From Pirellulales bacterium (GTDB lineage: Bacteria; Planctomycetota; Planctomycetia; Pirellulales; UBA1268): a stretch of 57,850 nt of DNA. Shown here one piece after another: positions 1 to 7,979 of the stretch (positions are counted from its first letter, which is position 1; every line of letters begins with the position of its first letter). The notes below the pieces were generated by a model, which made no database searches, was not told the origin of the DNA, and worked only from the letters and a program-made list of their open reading frames with translations. The stretch is taken from positions 1-57,850 of the forward strand of contig JBIIOJ010000001.1 in NCBI GenBank assembly GCA_044337015.1, in the 5' to 3' direction. A program made the position numbers and the translations under genes.

Positions 1-325
1 TTACGGCTGACTTTCTCCCGGTGGTGTCGTTCACCGAATAGAAGAACCAGCCTGATGGGCTGGCAGGGCGATTTGATGCCGGACGCCCTCCGTGGCATGG
101 GTGCGGGTCTATTTATTTGGAGCCTGATGGGATCGGAAGGCAGAGGGGAGGGATGGGGACGGATGGGTTTGGGTCTGAACCCAAAAGATGCCTTATCGCC
201 CGAAAACGGAACACTATCGGACACCGTCCGATTTTGGTTGGTCTTCCCCAAAACCTTGCTCTCTCACGGACGAAAACCTGAAAACCCTTGAAATTGACCG
301 ATGCGATGGGGTCAGTTCAAATCGG

Positions 326-380
326 ACTCAAAATCCGTTGCCCGCAAGGGCGTGTGGGTTCAAGTCCCACCTCCGGCATT
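326..380 (+). repeat. tRNA-Leu(CAA) 3' fragment, copy 1 (anticodon loop to discriminator base; no 5' half)
   Basis: These 55 nt are identical to 3892-3946. They read as the 3' part of a class II tRNA: anticodon loop CTCAAAA (anticodon CAA), variable-arm hairpin GCCC-GCAA-GGGC, T arm GTGGG-TTCAAGT-CCCAC, and acceptor 3' strand CTCCGGC plus A. The complementary 5' acceptor strand GCCGGAG and a D arm are absent from the ~90 nt upstream. Only 4 extra nt (322-325) still pair as anticodon stem. Confidence 0.75.
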
Positions 381-451
381 CTGGAAAACATGGCACATCG
401 GGGGCGGGTATTATCGTTGGTGGTTGTCGGTTGCTATCCGGAGGCCCATCC

Positions 452-661
452 ATGATTCGCGGGGTCAAGTTCCTATTCGACGAGCGCGGTCAAAAGACCG
501 CCGTGATGATCGATCTCCGGCAAGGCAGCGCCCTTTGGGAAGACATCCTTGACGTCGCCACCGCCAGGTCTCGAGAGCGCGAACCAAGTCAGAGTTGGGC
601 AACGGTCCGATCCCGACTGGAGAAGGTCGGCCGCCTGAAGAAGGGCCGTCGCCGTGCATGA
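452..661 (+). CDS. Putative type II antitoxin (family not recognised)
   Basis: This is a 69-aa ORF (MIRGVKFLFDERGQKTAVMIDL...) with GGAGG at 440-444, 7 nt upstream of ATG 452. Its TGA (659-661) overlaps the GTG start (654) of the RelE/ParE-like ORF. Its size and position fit an antitoxin. Confidence 0.6.
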   Translation: MIRGVKFLFDERGQKTAVMIDLRQGSALWEDILDVATARSREREPSQSWATVRSRLEKVGRLKKGRRRA

Positions 662-914
662 GGTGCGGATCGGAAGGTCCGCCGCTAAGGAACTTGAGTC
701 ACTGCCTGATCAGGTCATCGACCGTGTCGCTGCGAAGATCGACTCGCTTTCCACGCAGCCACGACCGTCTGGCTGCAAGAAATTGCGGGGTGCCGATGAC
801 CTGTGGCGGGTCCGAGTCGGTGACTACCGGATCGTTTACGCGATCGACGACACACAGTCGATCGTCGAGATTCGAGTCATCCGCCACCGCAAGGATGCCT
901 ACGGTCCGACGTGA
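654..914 (+). CDS. RelE/ParE-family type II toxin
   Basis: The 86-aa product contains ...LWRVRVGDYRIVYAIDDTQSIVEIRVIRHRKDAY, the conserved C-terminal core I recognise from RelE/ParE plasmid-stabilisation toxins. The ORF is translationally coupled to the upstream small ORF. Confidence 0.8.
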   Translation: MHEVRIGRSAAKELESLPDQVIDRVAAKIDSLSTQPRPSGCKKLRGADDLWRVRVGDYRIVYAIDDTQSIVEIRVIRHRKDAYGPT

Positions 915-980
915 CCAGTGAACAACATTTAAGAAATCAAAAGTTGCCGGCCAGTTGCCATTGTCTGCAAGCAGGCGCGA

Positions 981-3146
981 TTATTTTGCTCTGAGCATCG
1001 TGCGTTCGAGCGGTTCGGCGAGAGTGAGGGCCGCGAGGGAGGTCGACACCAGTGGACCATATGACCATGGTAGGTCAGTTCTTTCGTGCTCCTGCCAACT
1101 GCCGGTGTCGTCGCCTTCCTTGACTTGGCCCTCGATCAGATGATCGGCCACGCTCGCTCGCCAGTCTGCCCAGGCCTTGACGTCGGCAGCCGCATGGACG
1201 AGGCGGGTCGCGTGGTAGTTGTGGTAGATTTTTATGGAAGGTCCTCCGCCGACCACGGCGGCGACGCCCGTCACGAGCCCCGGCTTATCCAGCTTCCAGC
1301 CAGATCGCAGGCGGCCGAGGAGGCCGATGGCCGTCGTGGTTTTGCCTGTGCCCAACTCCACGTAGCCGTAGGTGCTGCCCTCATCGTTGCCTTGGACGGA
1401 ATCTAGGAACCTCGCGACGCCCGCCCACGTCTCAGGCTTCACCTTCAAGCCAGCGGCTTCACCATTGGCCAAAGCCTCTATCTGGTAGCTGAGGGCCGAC
1501 GTGTCGCCAGGTTGCTTGGGCCGGTACCGCCAGCCGCCGCCTTCATGCTGCGCGGCCATGATGAAGTCGAGCGTGGCCTGCGCCGGCGCCTCGAGGGCCG
1601 GATCCCGCGTGCGACCGTAGGCACGGCAGAGCGCCATCGCCACGAGGCCTTGGCTGTACATCGTTTCTCCGTCCTTGACGGCACTGCCTTCTTTGCCGAC
1701 GAGTGTGACGAGGAAGTCGATGCCGCGGGCGATGTGTTCGCGATATGGCCCCGGCGTCTTGTGATCGTGGCCTCGAGCGAGGAACGGCAGGATCGCAAGC
1801 GACGTGGCCCCGGCCCGCGTCGCCTTTGGTCCGTCGAGACTCCACCCGCCGTCGGCCTCCTGACGCTTGGCGATCCAAGCGAGCGCTGCGTCGAGGGCCC
1901 GCAGTTCGTCGGCGTCCAAACCGGCAGCCGGTGCGGCCGCGGGCAGCGACTTCGACTCGGCCGGAGACGGGGCGACTGCCGACTCGTCGGCTGCATGGAT
2001 CGTCGTCGCTACGACGATCGCAAGCGCCACGGCGCCAAACGTCCCGGCCGCGACGATCGCGATTCGGTTCATCCGCGTCATCGGCACGGTCTTCCGCGTG
2101 AGGTCGACGAGCCGCTCCACGCGTCCCTCGAGCGCCGGCTTTTCGTCGATCGCGCCCAATGCCCCGATCGCCAGCCGCTCGCGCTTCCCGCGCAGGCCGG
2201 CCGCCATCTCCACGAGCACCTCCGCCAGCCGGAAGCCGTCGCCCTGGGCCACCACCACGTAGTCGTCGCAGATCTCCTCGCGGACCTCAGCCAGTCGGCG
2301 GTTGAGCCGGTGTACCGGCGGGCACCACCAGAACACCGCGGCCACCGCATGCTGCAGGAGACCCACCCAGAGATCGCCATGCACGACGTGCGCCGCCTCG
2401 TGTACGAGCACGGCGGAGAGCTTCTCGCGGTCGAGCGTGTGTGCCATCCCCTTTGGCAGCACGATGACGGGCGCCACCGGCCCGATCACGACCGGAACCG
2501 GCACCGCCGCCGATTCAAAGAGCCGCGGCGGCTGCGTGAGCCCGACGGCTCTCGCCGCCTCGTCGAGCAGGCCGATCACTGCCGGGCTTTTGCATGCCAC
2601 GAGCGACCCGCCGAGCCGCCGCAGGCGGACGAGATCACGCGCCACGATGCCCACGAAGAACACGATGCCCACGAACCATACCCAGAGCAGGCACGACGCC
2701 ACCTCACGGAACGTGGGCATACGAAGCGACGCTGCAGCCGTCTCCTCGATGGAATCCGGCAACGCGAACTCACCATCGGCTACAGCTACTGGCTTTCGCA
2801 ACGGCCTCGGCGCCGCAGCAGCAACGAAGGCCTCCGCGGCAAGCGGCTGATCGACGGCCGCTGCCGGCACCGTGACAAATGCCCAGCCCGCAAGGCGGCT
2901 CGCAGCAGCCACTGCCGGCACGATCCCGACCACGACGAGGCCCGCAAGCAGGAGCCCGTAGCGAAGCGGCGCCGGCCGGCTTCGCACCGCCCGGCCGACC
3001 ACGAGCGCCATCACGGTCACGATCACTGCGGCCGCCGCAGCGCCGGCGCTTGCAAAGATCCAAGCCTGATCGAAGAGCATCCCGTTCCACACCGTGCTGT
3101 TCCAGGCCATGTTGTTCCAGACTGTGTTGCCCCAGAGCGTGTTCAT
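981..3146 (-). CDS. BlaR1-like M56 peptidase signal transducer with C-terminal prenyltransferase/terpene-cyclase-like repeat domain
   Basis: The 721-aa product has an N-terminal multi-TM region with HEAAHVVHGD (HExxH of peptidase M56). The C-terminal ~320 aa carry repeated DGGW/GGGW/TGSW motifs (KRQEADGGWSL, AAQHEGGGWRY, EGDDTGSWQ) like alpha-alpha toroid prenyltransferase/squalene cyclase repeats. The ATG overlaps the blaI stop (ATGA at 3143-3146). Confidence 0.85.
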   Translation of the reverse strand: MNTLWGNTVWNNMAWNSTVWNGMLFDQAWIFASAGAAAAAVIVTVMALVVGRAVRSRPAPLRYGLLLAGLVVVGIVPAVAAASRLAGWAFVTVPAAAVDQPLAAEAFVAAAAPRPLRKPVAVADGEFALPDSIEETAAASLRMPTFREVASCLLWVWFVGIVFFVGIVARDLVRLRRLGGSLVACKSPAVIGLLDEAARAVGLTQPPRLFESAAVPVPVVIGPVAPVIVLPKGMAHTLDREKLSAVLVHEAAHVVHGDLWVGLLQHAVAAVFWWCPPVHRLNRRLAEVREEICDDYVVVAQGDGFRLAEVLVEMAAGLRGKRERLAIGALGAIDEKPALEGRVERLVDLTRKTVPMTRMNRIAIVAAGTFGAVALAIVVATTIHAADESAVAPSPAESKSLPAAAPAAGLDADELRALDAALAWIAKRQEADGGWSLDGPKATRAGATSLAILPFLARGHDHKTPGPYREHIARGIDFLVTLVGKEGSAVKDGETMYSQGLVAMALCRAYGRTRDPALEAPAQATLDFIMAAQHEGGGWRYRPKQPGDTSALSYQIEALANGEAAGLKVKPETWAGVARFLDSVQGNDEGSTYGYVELGTGKTTTAIGLLGRLRSGWKLDKPGLVTGVAAVVGGGPSIKIYHNYHATRLVHAAADVKAWADWRASVADHLIEGQVKEGDDTGSWQEHERTDLPWSYGPLVSTSLAALTLAEPLERTMLRAK

Positions 3147-3586
3147 GACCGACCTCCCTTCGGCGGCCGCTTGCCGCCACGTGCCTTCTGCTGCTTCGCC
3201 TCCGCTAAGAGTCGCTCGAGCCGATCGATGTCGGCCGACGACACGTCGCCCGAGCCCAGCAAGCTCTGCACGAGCTGCGTCGGTGAGCCGCCGAAGAAAC
3301 CGGCCATGAAGCCCGTCGCCAGCCGCGCCTCGGCCGACGCCCGGTCGAGCGTCGGCCGGTAGCGGTAGACTCCGCCGATGCTCTCTCGCTTGAGCCAGCC
3401 CCGCTTCTCGAGCCGATCGACGAGGTTCAGCACGGTGGTCCGCGTCACGCCCCGGCGGTCGGCCACCGTCTGCCAGATCTCGGCCACCGTCATCCCTTCG
3501 GCCGGGCCGTTCCAGGCCACGGCCAAGAGTTCGTACTGGGCGGGCGTCAGGTCGCCTTCCGGGTTCACCGCTTTCTTTTGCGTCAT
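3143..3586 (-). CDS. BlaI/MecI/CopY-family transcriptional repressor
   Basis: The 147-aa product has a winged-helix signature: LTPAQYELLAVAW...MTVAEIWQTVADRRGVTRTTVLNLVDRLEKRGWLKRE..VYRYRP. The gene lies immediately upstream of, and overlaps, the BlaR1-like gene. Confidence 0.85.
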   Translation of the reverse strand: MTQKKAVNPEGDLTPAQYELLAVAWNGPAEGMTVAEIWQTVADRRGVTRTTVLNLVDRLEKRGWLKRESIGGVYRYRPTLDRASAEARLATGFMAGFFGGSPTQLVQSLLGSGDVSSADIDRLERLLAEAKQQKARGGKRPPKGGRS

Positions 3587-3632
3587 GATTTGCTCCTGTG
3601 CCGTGCCGTCGGCTGGCGGCTACGGGCTTCTA

Positions 3633-3686
3633 GACGACATATGTCGTCATGCGGCCATACTATGCTTGACGACAACAGTCGTCAAG
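3633..3686. promoter_or_regulatory. Two operator-like dyads GACGAC-N4-GTCGTC upstream of blaI
   Basis: 3633-3648 GACGACATATGTCGTC is a perfect 16-bp palindrome. 3665-3686 CTTGACGAC-AACA-GTCGTCAAG has perfect 9-bp arms. Both lie 47-100 nt upstream of the blaI ATG (3586, minus strand). The first contains an ACAnnTGT core like BlaI/CopY boxes. Confidence 0.5.
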
Positions 3687-3891
3687 CGGGCATTTTGCCG
3701 CCCTTGCGGGCCGTCGTGGCGGCGAACCTTGTGACCGTCCTGACAGGGCTGGCCGGAGCCGGAAACGTGTGAGGCAAACTGTTAGGCGAGTCCGCCCCGA
3801 AAGGGAAATTCAGGATCTATCGCCATACGTCGTTTCCGAGAAATACGGCCAACTGCCATCCGACCGTCACGCGACTGCGGTCCTTGGGGAC

Positions 3892-3946
3892 ACTCAAAAT
3901 CCGTTGCCCGCAAGGGCGTGTGGGTTCAAGTCCCACCTCCGGCATT
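3892..3946 (+). repeat. tRNA-Leu(CAA) 3' fragment, copy 2
   Basis: These 55 nt are identical to 326-380. Identity starts inside the anticodon stem and ends 3 nt past the discriminator base. A similar GGAAAA(A)C follows both copies after a 2-nt indel. No 5' half lies upstream. Confidence 0.75.
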
Positions 3947-4057
3947 GGAAAAACTGCGGGGAGTGTCGCGGCTCGAGCCGCCCAACGCGACGAGGGCTGC
4001 CCGGTGGGCGTGGACGAGCAGGTTTGTATCGACTGCGACCCGCGCGAGCCTTCGGGG

Positions 4058-4810
4058 TCACCGGGATGACCGTCCGCCGTAGAGGAGTTCGAACACACGG
4101 CCACGCAGCGTGTGCTGGAACAGTGGGTGGCTGCCGAAGAGTTCGTCTCGCGACTCGAACACGCCGGCATCGCCGACGACGAACCCCGAGAGGTCGCACG
4201 CCCCCGAGCCACACCCGGCGGTCGTCCCCCCGAAGTCCACGGCCGCATGATCGATCGCGTCGAAGAGCGACTCGCCGTCGTTCGCGAAGGGCCGCGGGTT
4301 TCGCATCGCGAGCCGAGCGGGTGAATCGAAGAGCTCCTCGACACTGATCCACGCCCCGTCGAGGTGAAACTGCGGCCACGCGAGCAGAATCCTCGCGGGA
4401 ATGAACGACGCGGCGAGCCCGAACCGGGGATTCCAGAAGCGGCCTGCGATCCACAGCCCGCGGACCCGGGTCCCGATCCCTGCCGCTCGCGCGATCGACT
4501 CGAGGCATGCGAATCGCTGGCTGCACGACCCGCGGCCCTTCGAGAGGGTGCGGGACGTCGGCTGCAGTTCGTCGACCGTGTAGATCGGCCGCAGTTGTTC
4601 GCGAAGGAGCCGGTAGCCTTCCTGCAGATACCCGCGCGGGTCGCCGGCCGGCGTCCTTGCCCGGCGGATGACGGCCAGAACCGGTGCGCTCGTGTGGTCG
4701 AGGATCGGCGTCGGTCGCAGGTTGCGATCGCCGATAGCGGAGGATGCAACGTCGCTGTCGGGCATGTGAATCGCTTGGTCGAGACGCTGTTCGGAAATAC
4801 CCGCAGCCAC
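4058..4810 (-). CDS. Transglutaminase-like cysteine peptidase superfamily protein (putative)
   Basis: The 250-aa product contains KGRGSCSQRFACLESIARAAGIGTRVRGLWI, which resembles the G-x-C-x2-FA...R..GIP.R core of transglutaminase-like domains. The ORF starts with GTG at 4810, and an alternative ATG lies at 4765. Confidence 0.5.
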   Translation of the reverse strand: MAAGISEQRLDQAIHMPDSDVASSAIGDRNLRPTPILDHTSAPVLAVIRRARTPAGDPRGYLQEGYRLLREQLRPIYTVDELQPTSRTLSKGRGSCSQRFACLESIARAAGIGTRVRGLWIAGRFWNPRFGLAASFIPARILLAWPQFHLDGAWISVEELFDSPARLAMRNPRPFANDGESLFDAIDHAAVDFGGTTAGCGSGACDLSGFVVGDAGVFESRDELFGSHPLFQHTLRGRVFELLYGGRSSR

Positions 4811-5180
4811 GAGCCGAAAGCAACGTCACAGGGCATTCCAAAAAAGTCAAGCGTTCGGCACGCGATTTCGTATTGGATGTACCTCGTGCACCCGCCGCTC
4901 GTGACCTGCCCCCCTTAAACGAGGCCACTTTGGGAGCGAGAATTCCGGGTGGTGACGCCGTGGCCATCGGCGGCTACGGCCTCGAAAAGCGGCTGTCGCA
5001 GGACGAGATCCCCCATCGCGTCGGGATTCAGGAAGGCGATCCGACGGCGATCGGCGTTGGAGATTTCGACAGGCCGTGTCCGTGCTTCCACCGTGCGCTG
5101 TCTCCTCGCGATGCGCTACGAGTCTTTGAGAAGGGAGCCGAAGATGAAAAGCTGGCGTCCTTGTCGCCGTCCCCGGCGGC

Positions 5181-7001
5181 TCAATAACGAACGAGACCCG
5201 CCAGGTAGAGCTTGTCGAGCACCCAGTGGCGGCGGACGTAGGCGGCGATCTCGCGGCGGACCCGCTCCCGCCTCGGGGTGACGCCGAGTGTCCGCGCGGT
5301 GAGCCGCTCGGTCTCGCGCCTGCCGATCGGCAGCCACCAGGAGAGGCTCTTCTGATCCTGCCAGACGCGGAACGCGCCCAGGAACCTCGGCAGCCTCCGG
5401 AAGGTGAGGCCTGCGTCCCGGAATCGCAGGATGAGGTCCCAGTCCATCGCGAACCGGAACGATTCGTCGATCCGCGATCCGATCCGCTCCCAGGCCCGCC
5501 GCCGCCAGAACATCGTCTCCTGCGGGATGAAGTCGGCGAAGGCGATCGCACGTTCGTCGTGTGGCGGAAGCACCCACCGGCCGATCTCCCGGCCGCCCTC
5601 GTCGATGAGCACCCGGTGTCCGTACACGACGTCCACCTCGGGATGCGCCTGGAAATACTCGGCGACGTAGGCGAGGCTGCCCGGGAGCAGGAGGTCGTCA
5701 GAGTTCAGGTACGCCATGATGTCGCCCGTCGTCCGACGCATGCCGAGATTGATGGCCGTCGATTGACCTCCGTCCGGCGCGGAATCCCAGTGCGTGAGCC
5801 GCGAGCCGTACCGCCGGAGAACCTCCACGCTTGCATCGGTCGACCCGCCGTCCTGCACGATGTATTCGAGGGAGGGATACCCTTGGTCGAGGACACTCCG
5901 GAGCGTCTCCTCGAGCACATGCCCCTGATTGAAGCTCGGCGTGACGATCGAAATCGAAGGGGGCGATCGAAGGATCCGGGAAAGGGCGTAGTGACGTGGC
6001 AACGACAGCGGCCGCGGAGCGTGGTTCCGCAGCCGGAAGATCTTCCTCCGCAGGAACTGGAATCGCTTGATCTCCGTCTGCCGCAGCGGCTTGACCTCGA
6101 ATTCCTTCAGGAACCTGCCTCCGACGAGAAGGCTCGTGATTTTTCCGGCGAGCAGGAGCCGCCGCGGCACGGTCAATGGGAGGCCGTCGCCCCAGCGGTG
6201 ATGGGCTTCGAGAGCGTGCTGCATCGCCCGGACGACGCCGATGCGCGATCGATCGCCCGCCGTCTCGACCACCGTCCGGGCGGCGCCGTACCACGCGAGC
6301 TTTGAGACCGATAGCCGCCATGCCCAGCCGTTCAGGCGGACCCGCATCAGTTCGTCGAGCGAGTCGGGGCCCGGTATCGCCGCAAAATCGCTCGGAGACG
6401 GTTCACGCGTCCCCGTGCGTCGGGCCGCGAGCAGCCGATGGATCTGCTTGAACGCCGCGTTCGCGCGTTCGAGCCGGAGCCACAGTTCGTAATCGGCCCA
6501 GTGGCGAACCGATGGATCGAGCGGCCCGACCCGCTCGATCGCCTCCCGGCGAAGGAACACCGACGCCGGGCAGAGCCGCAGGTGGCGGCAGCCGCGCCGG
6601 TTCGACCGGGCCGGCGCATTGAACTCGGCGAACGGCCGGCCCGCCGCATCGGTGAGCATGGCATCGCCGTAGAAGCAGTCCGTGGAGGGATGCCGCGCAG
6701 CGGACTCTGCGACGATGCGGAGGGTGTCCTCGAAATGGAAGTCGCCCGCGGACAGCATCGAAACGATCTCACCGCGAGTCCGTTTCAATCCCTCGTTCAC
6801 GGCCTCGGCGCGGCCGATCCCTGGCCGGTCGATCCAGACGACTCCGGCGTCACTCCCCCCGGGGCCGATCCGGGCGGGAAGATTTCCCACCGTCCCGACG
6901 ACGATTACTTCCCGCTCGACGGATGTTCCGCACTTTGAACGGCGGATCGTCTCAAAGAGGAGATCGGGCTCATCCGTTGCGTGAACGATGACCGAGAACA
7001 T
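5181..7001 (-). CDS. Two-domain family 2 glycosyltransferase
   Basis: The 606-aa product has a canonical GT2 C-terminal half (ISIVTPSFNQGHVLEETLRSVLDQGYPSLEYIVQDGGSTD...YLNSDDLLLPG). The N-terminal half is GT2-like but more degenerate (FSVIVHATDEP...). Confidence 0.8.
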   Translation of the reverse strand: MFSVIVHATDEPDLLFETIRRSKCGTSVEREVIVVGTVGNLPARIGPGGSDAGVVWIDRPGIGRAEAVNEGLKRTRGEIVSMLSAGDFHFEDTLRIVAESAARHPSTDCFYGDAMLTDAAGRPFAEFNAPARSNRRGCRHLRLCPASVFLRREAIERVGPLDPSVRHWADYELWLRLERANAAFKQIHRLLAARRTGTREPSPSDFAAIPGPDSLDELMRVRLNGWAWRLSVSKLAWYGAARTVVETAGDRSRIGVVRAMQHALEAHHRWGDGLPLTVPRRLLLAGKITSLLVGGRFLKEFEVKPLRQTEIKRFQFLRRKIFRLRNHAPRPLSLPRHYALSRILRSPPSISIVTPSFNQGHVLEETLRSVLDQGYPSLEYIVQDGGSTDASVEVLRRYGSRLTHWDSAPDGGQSTAINLGMRRTTGDIMAYLNSDDLLLPGSLAYVAEYFQAHPEVDVVYGHRVLIDEGGREIGRWVLPPHDERAIAFADFIPQETMFWRRRAWERIGSRIDESFRFAMDWDLILRFRDAGLTFRRLPRFLGAFRVWQDQKSLSWWLPIGRRETERLTARTLGVTPRRERVRREIAAYVRRHWVLDKLYLAGLVRY

Positions 7002-7226
7002 GCATCACCGTCGTGTTGGGAGTTTCCATGCAACAAAGGGCTGCGGTCCCGGAAGCTATCGGACTGTTTTTTCGAGGGGACGCAGAAAATCCGCTGAACG
7101 ATGACGGCCGCAAAGTGACGTGGGCGCAGGGGCGTCCTCTGGGCAAACTGCGGTGCCGGGGAAATCGCCTCGCAAGACGGTTTCCCCGACGACACGAGGA
7201 CGACACGAACTCAAAAGGCTGTTCGC

Positions 7227-7925
7227 ATGAGCACCGGACCGCGGGAGATCGCCACGTTTTTCGAGGACATCGACTTCGTGGGGGATCGGAACCATCGCAA
7301 GCAGGAATATCGCCGCGACATCCTTCGGACGCTGGAGCTTCATTCGGAGACCTTCGCCGCCCATGGCTGGCGGGTCGTGCAGGTGGGGATGGAGGCGGCG
7401 AGGAGCCACCCGCTGTTCCCCTGGTTCGACAAGCTCGACTGGTTCTACGCGTTGAGCGTGAATCCGCCGCGGTACAGCCGGATTTGCTACATGCGTTGGC
7501 TCGCCTACGCGGCCTCAGGCCTCCCCTTCGCCGATCTCGATGTCATCAACTTCGGCTTCACGCCCGAGGACGCGATGCCCTTCTTCGACACGAAGCTCCC
7601 GTCGCTCATCTCGGCCGCCAACGCGATGGGTATCCTCACTCCCGATCACTACACACAGATTCTCGACTCCTACCGCCACATCGTGGAGCATCTCGACGAG
7701 TACAGGCGTGACGTCGACGACGTCAACGACATGACGCTCCTGCGTCACGTGCGGCCGGAATACAACTCGGTGATTCCCTACACGGACGACCGATTCGTGA
7801 AGGACTATTCGAACCCCGGATGGGAGACGGCCCGCCTCGTCCATTTTGCCCACGGACTCACGCCCCTGCCCCGCAGTCGGACCATCGAGGCCGAGATACT
7901 CGCCCGGGAATCGGCTCGGCGATGA
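7227..7925 (+). CDS. Hypothetical protein (possible DXD-type glycosyltransferase)
   Basis: This 232-aa ORF is divergent from the GT2 gene. The segment RICYMRWLAYAASGLPFADLDVINF resembles the xxRxxxLxxxGGxYxDxD motif of GT32-type sugar transferases. The similarity is weak. Confidence 0.45.
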   Translation: MSTGPREIATFFEDIDFVGDRNHRKQEYRRDILRTLELHSETFAAHGWRVVQVGMEAARSHPLFPWFDKLDWFYALSVNPPRYSRICYMRWLAYAASGLPFADLDVINFGFTPEDAMPFFDTKLPSLISAANAMGILTPDHYTQILDSYRHIVEHLDEYRRDVDDVNDMTLLRHVRPEYNSVIPYTDDRFVKDYSNPGWETARLVHFAHGLTPLPRSRTIEAEILARESARR

Positions 7926-7979
7926 TCGGCGAAGATCGACAGGCAGATCGAAGCAGCCGCCGACCATGAAGAAGGCCGC

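Larger units (their letters stand above)
326..3946. mobile_element. Putative integrated-element remnant bounded by direct tRNA-Leu 3'-half repeats (att-like); no integrase inside
   Basis: Identical 55-nt direct repeats at both ends resemble attL/attR-type scars of tRNA-targeting integration. The cargo is a type II TA pair plus blaI-blaR1. No recombinase gene was recognised. This is a hypothesis only. Confidence 0.3.

Noticed and set aside
1-325. I searched this region for the missing 5' half of the tRNA, an integrase 3' end or an ncRNA.
   Set aside because: There is no GCCGGAG acceptor strand and no D arm. No ORF with recognisable motifs is present. Only a weak 6-bp hairpin (TGGGTT...AACCCA, around 165-185) was found.
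55-661. Track ORFs 55..291 and 188..451, plus 3769..4347, which read through the tRNA-like repeats.
   Set aside because: The shared peptide (TQNPLPARACGFKSHLRH) is simply the translated tRNA fragment. The flanks have no coding signal. Only the last 70 codons of 188..661 (the antitoxin) are kept.
4915-5091. A 58-codon minus-strand ORF (GTG start, VEARTRPVEISNADRRRIAFLNPDAMGDLVLRQPLFEAVAADGHG...) in the 370-nt gap between the GT2 and transglutaminase-like genes.
   Set aside because: I recognise no family. Third-position GC is visibly lower than in neighbouring genes, and there is no Shine-Dalgarno. It could be a real small protein, but I cannot support that.
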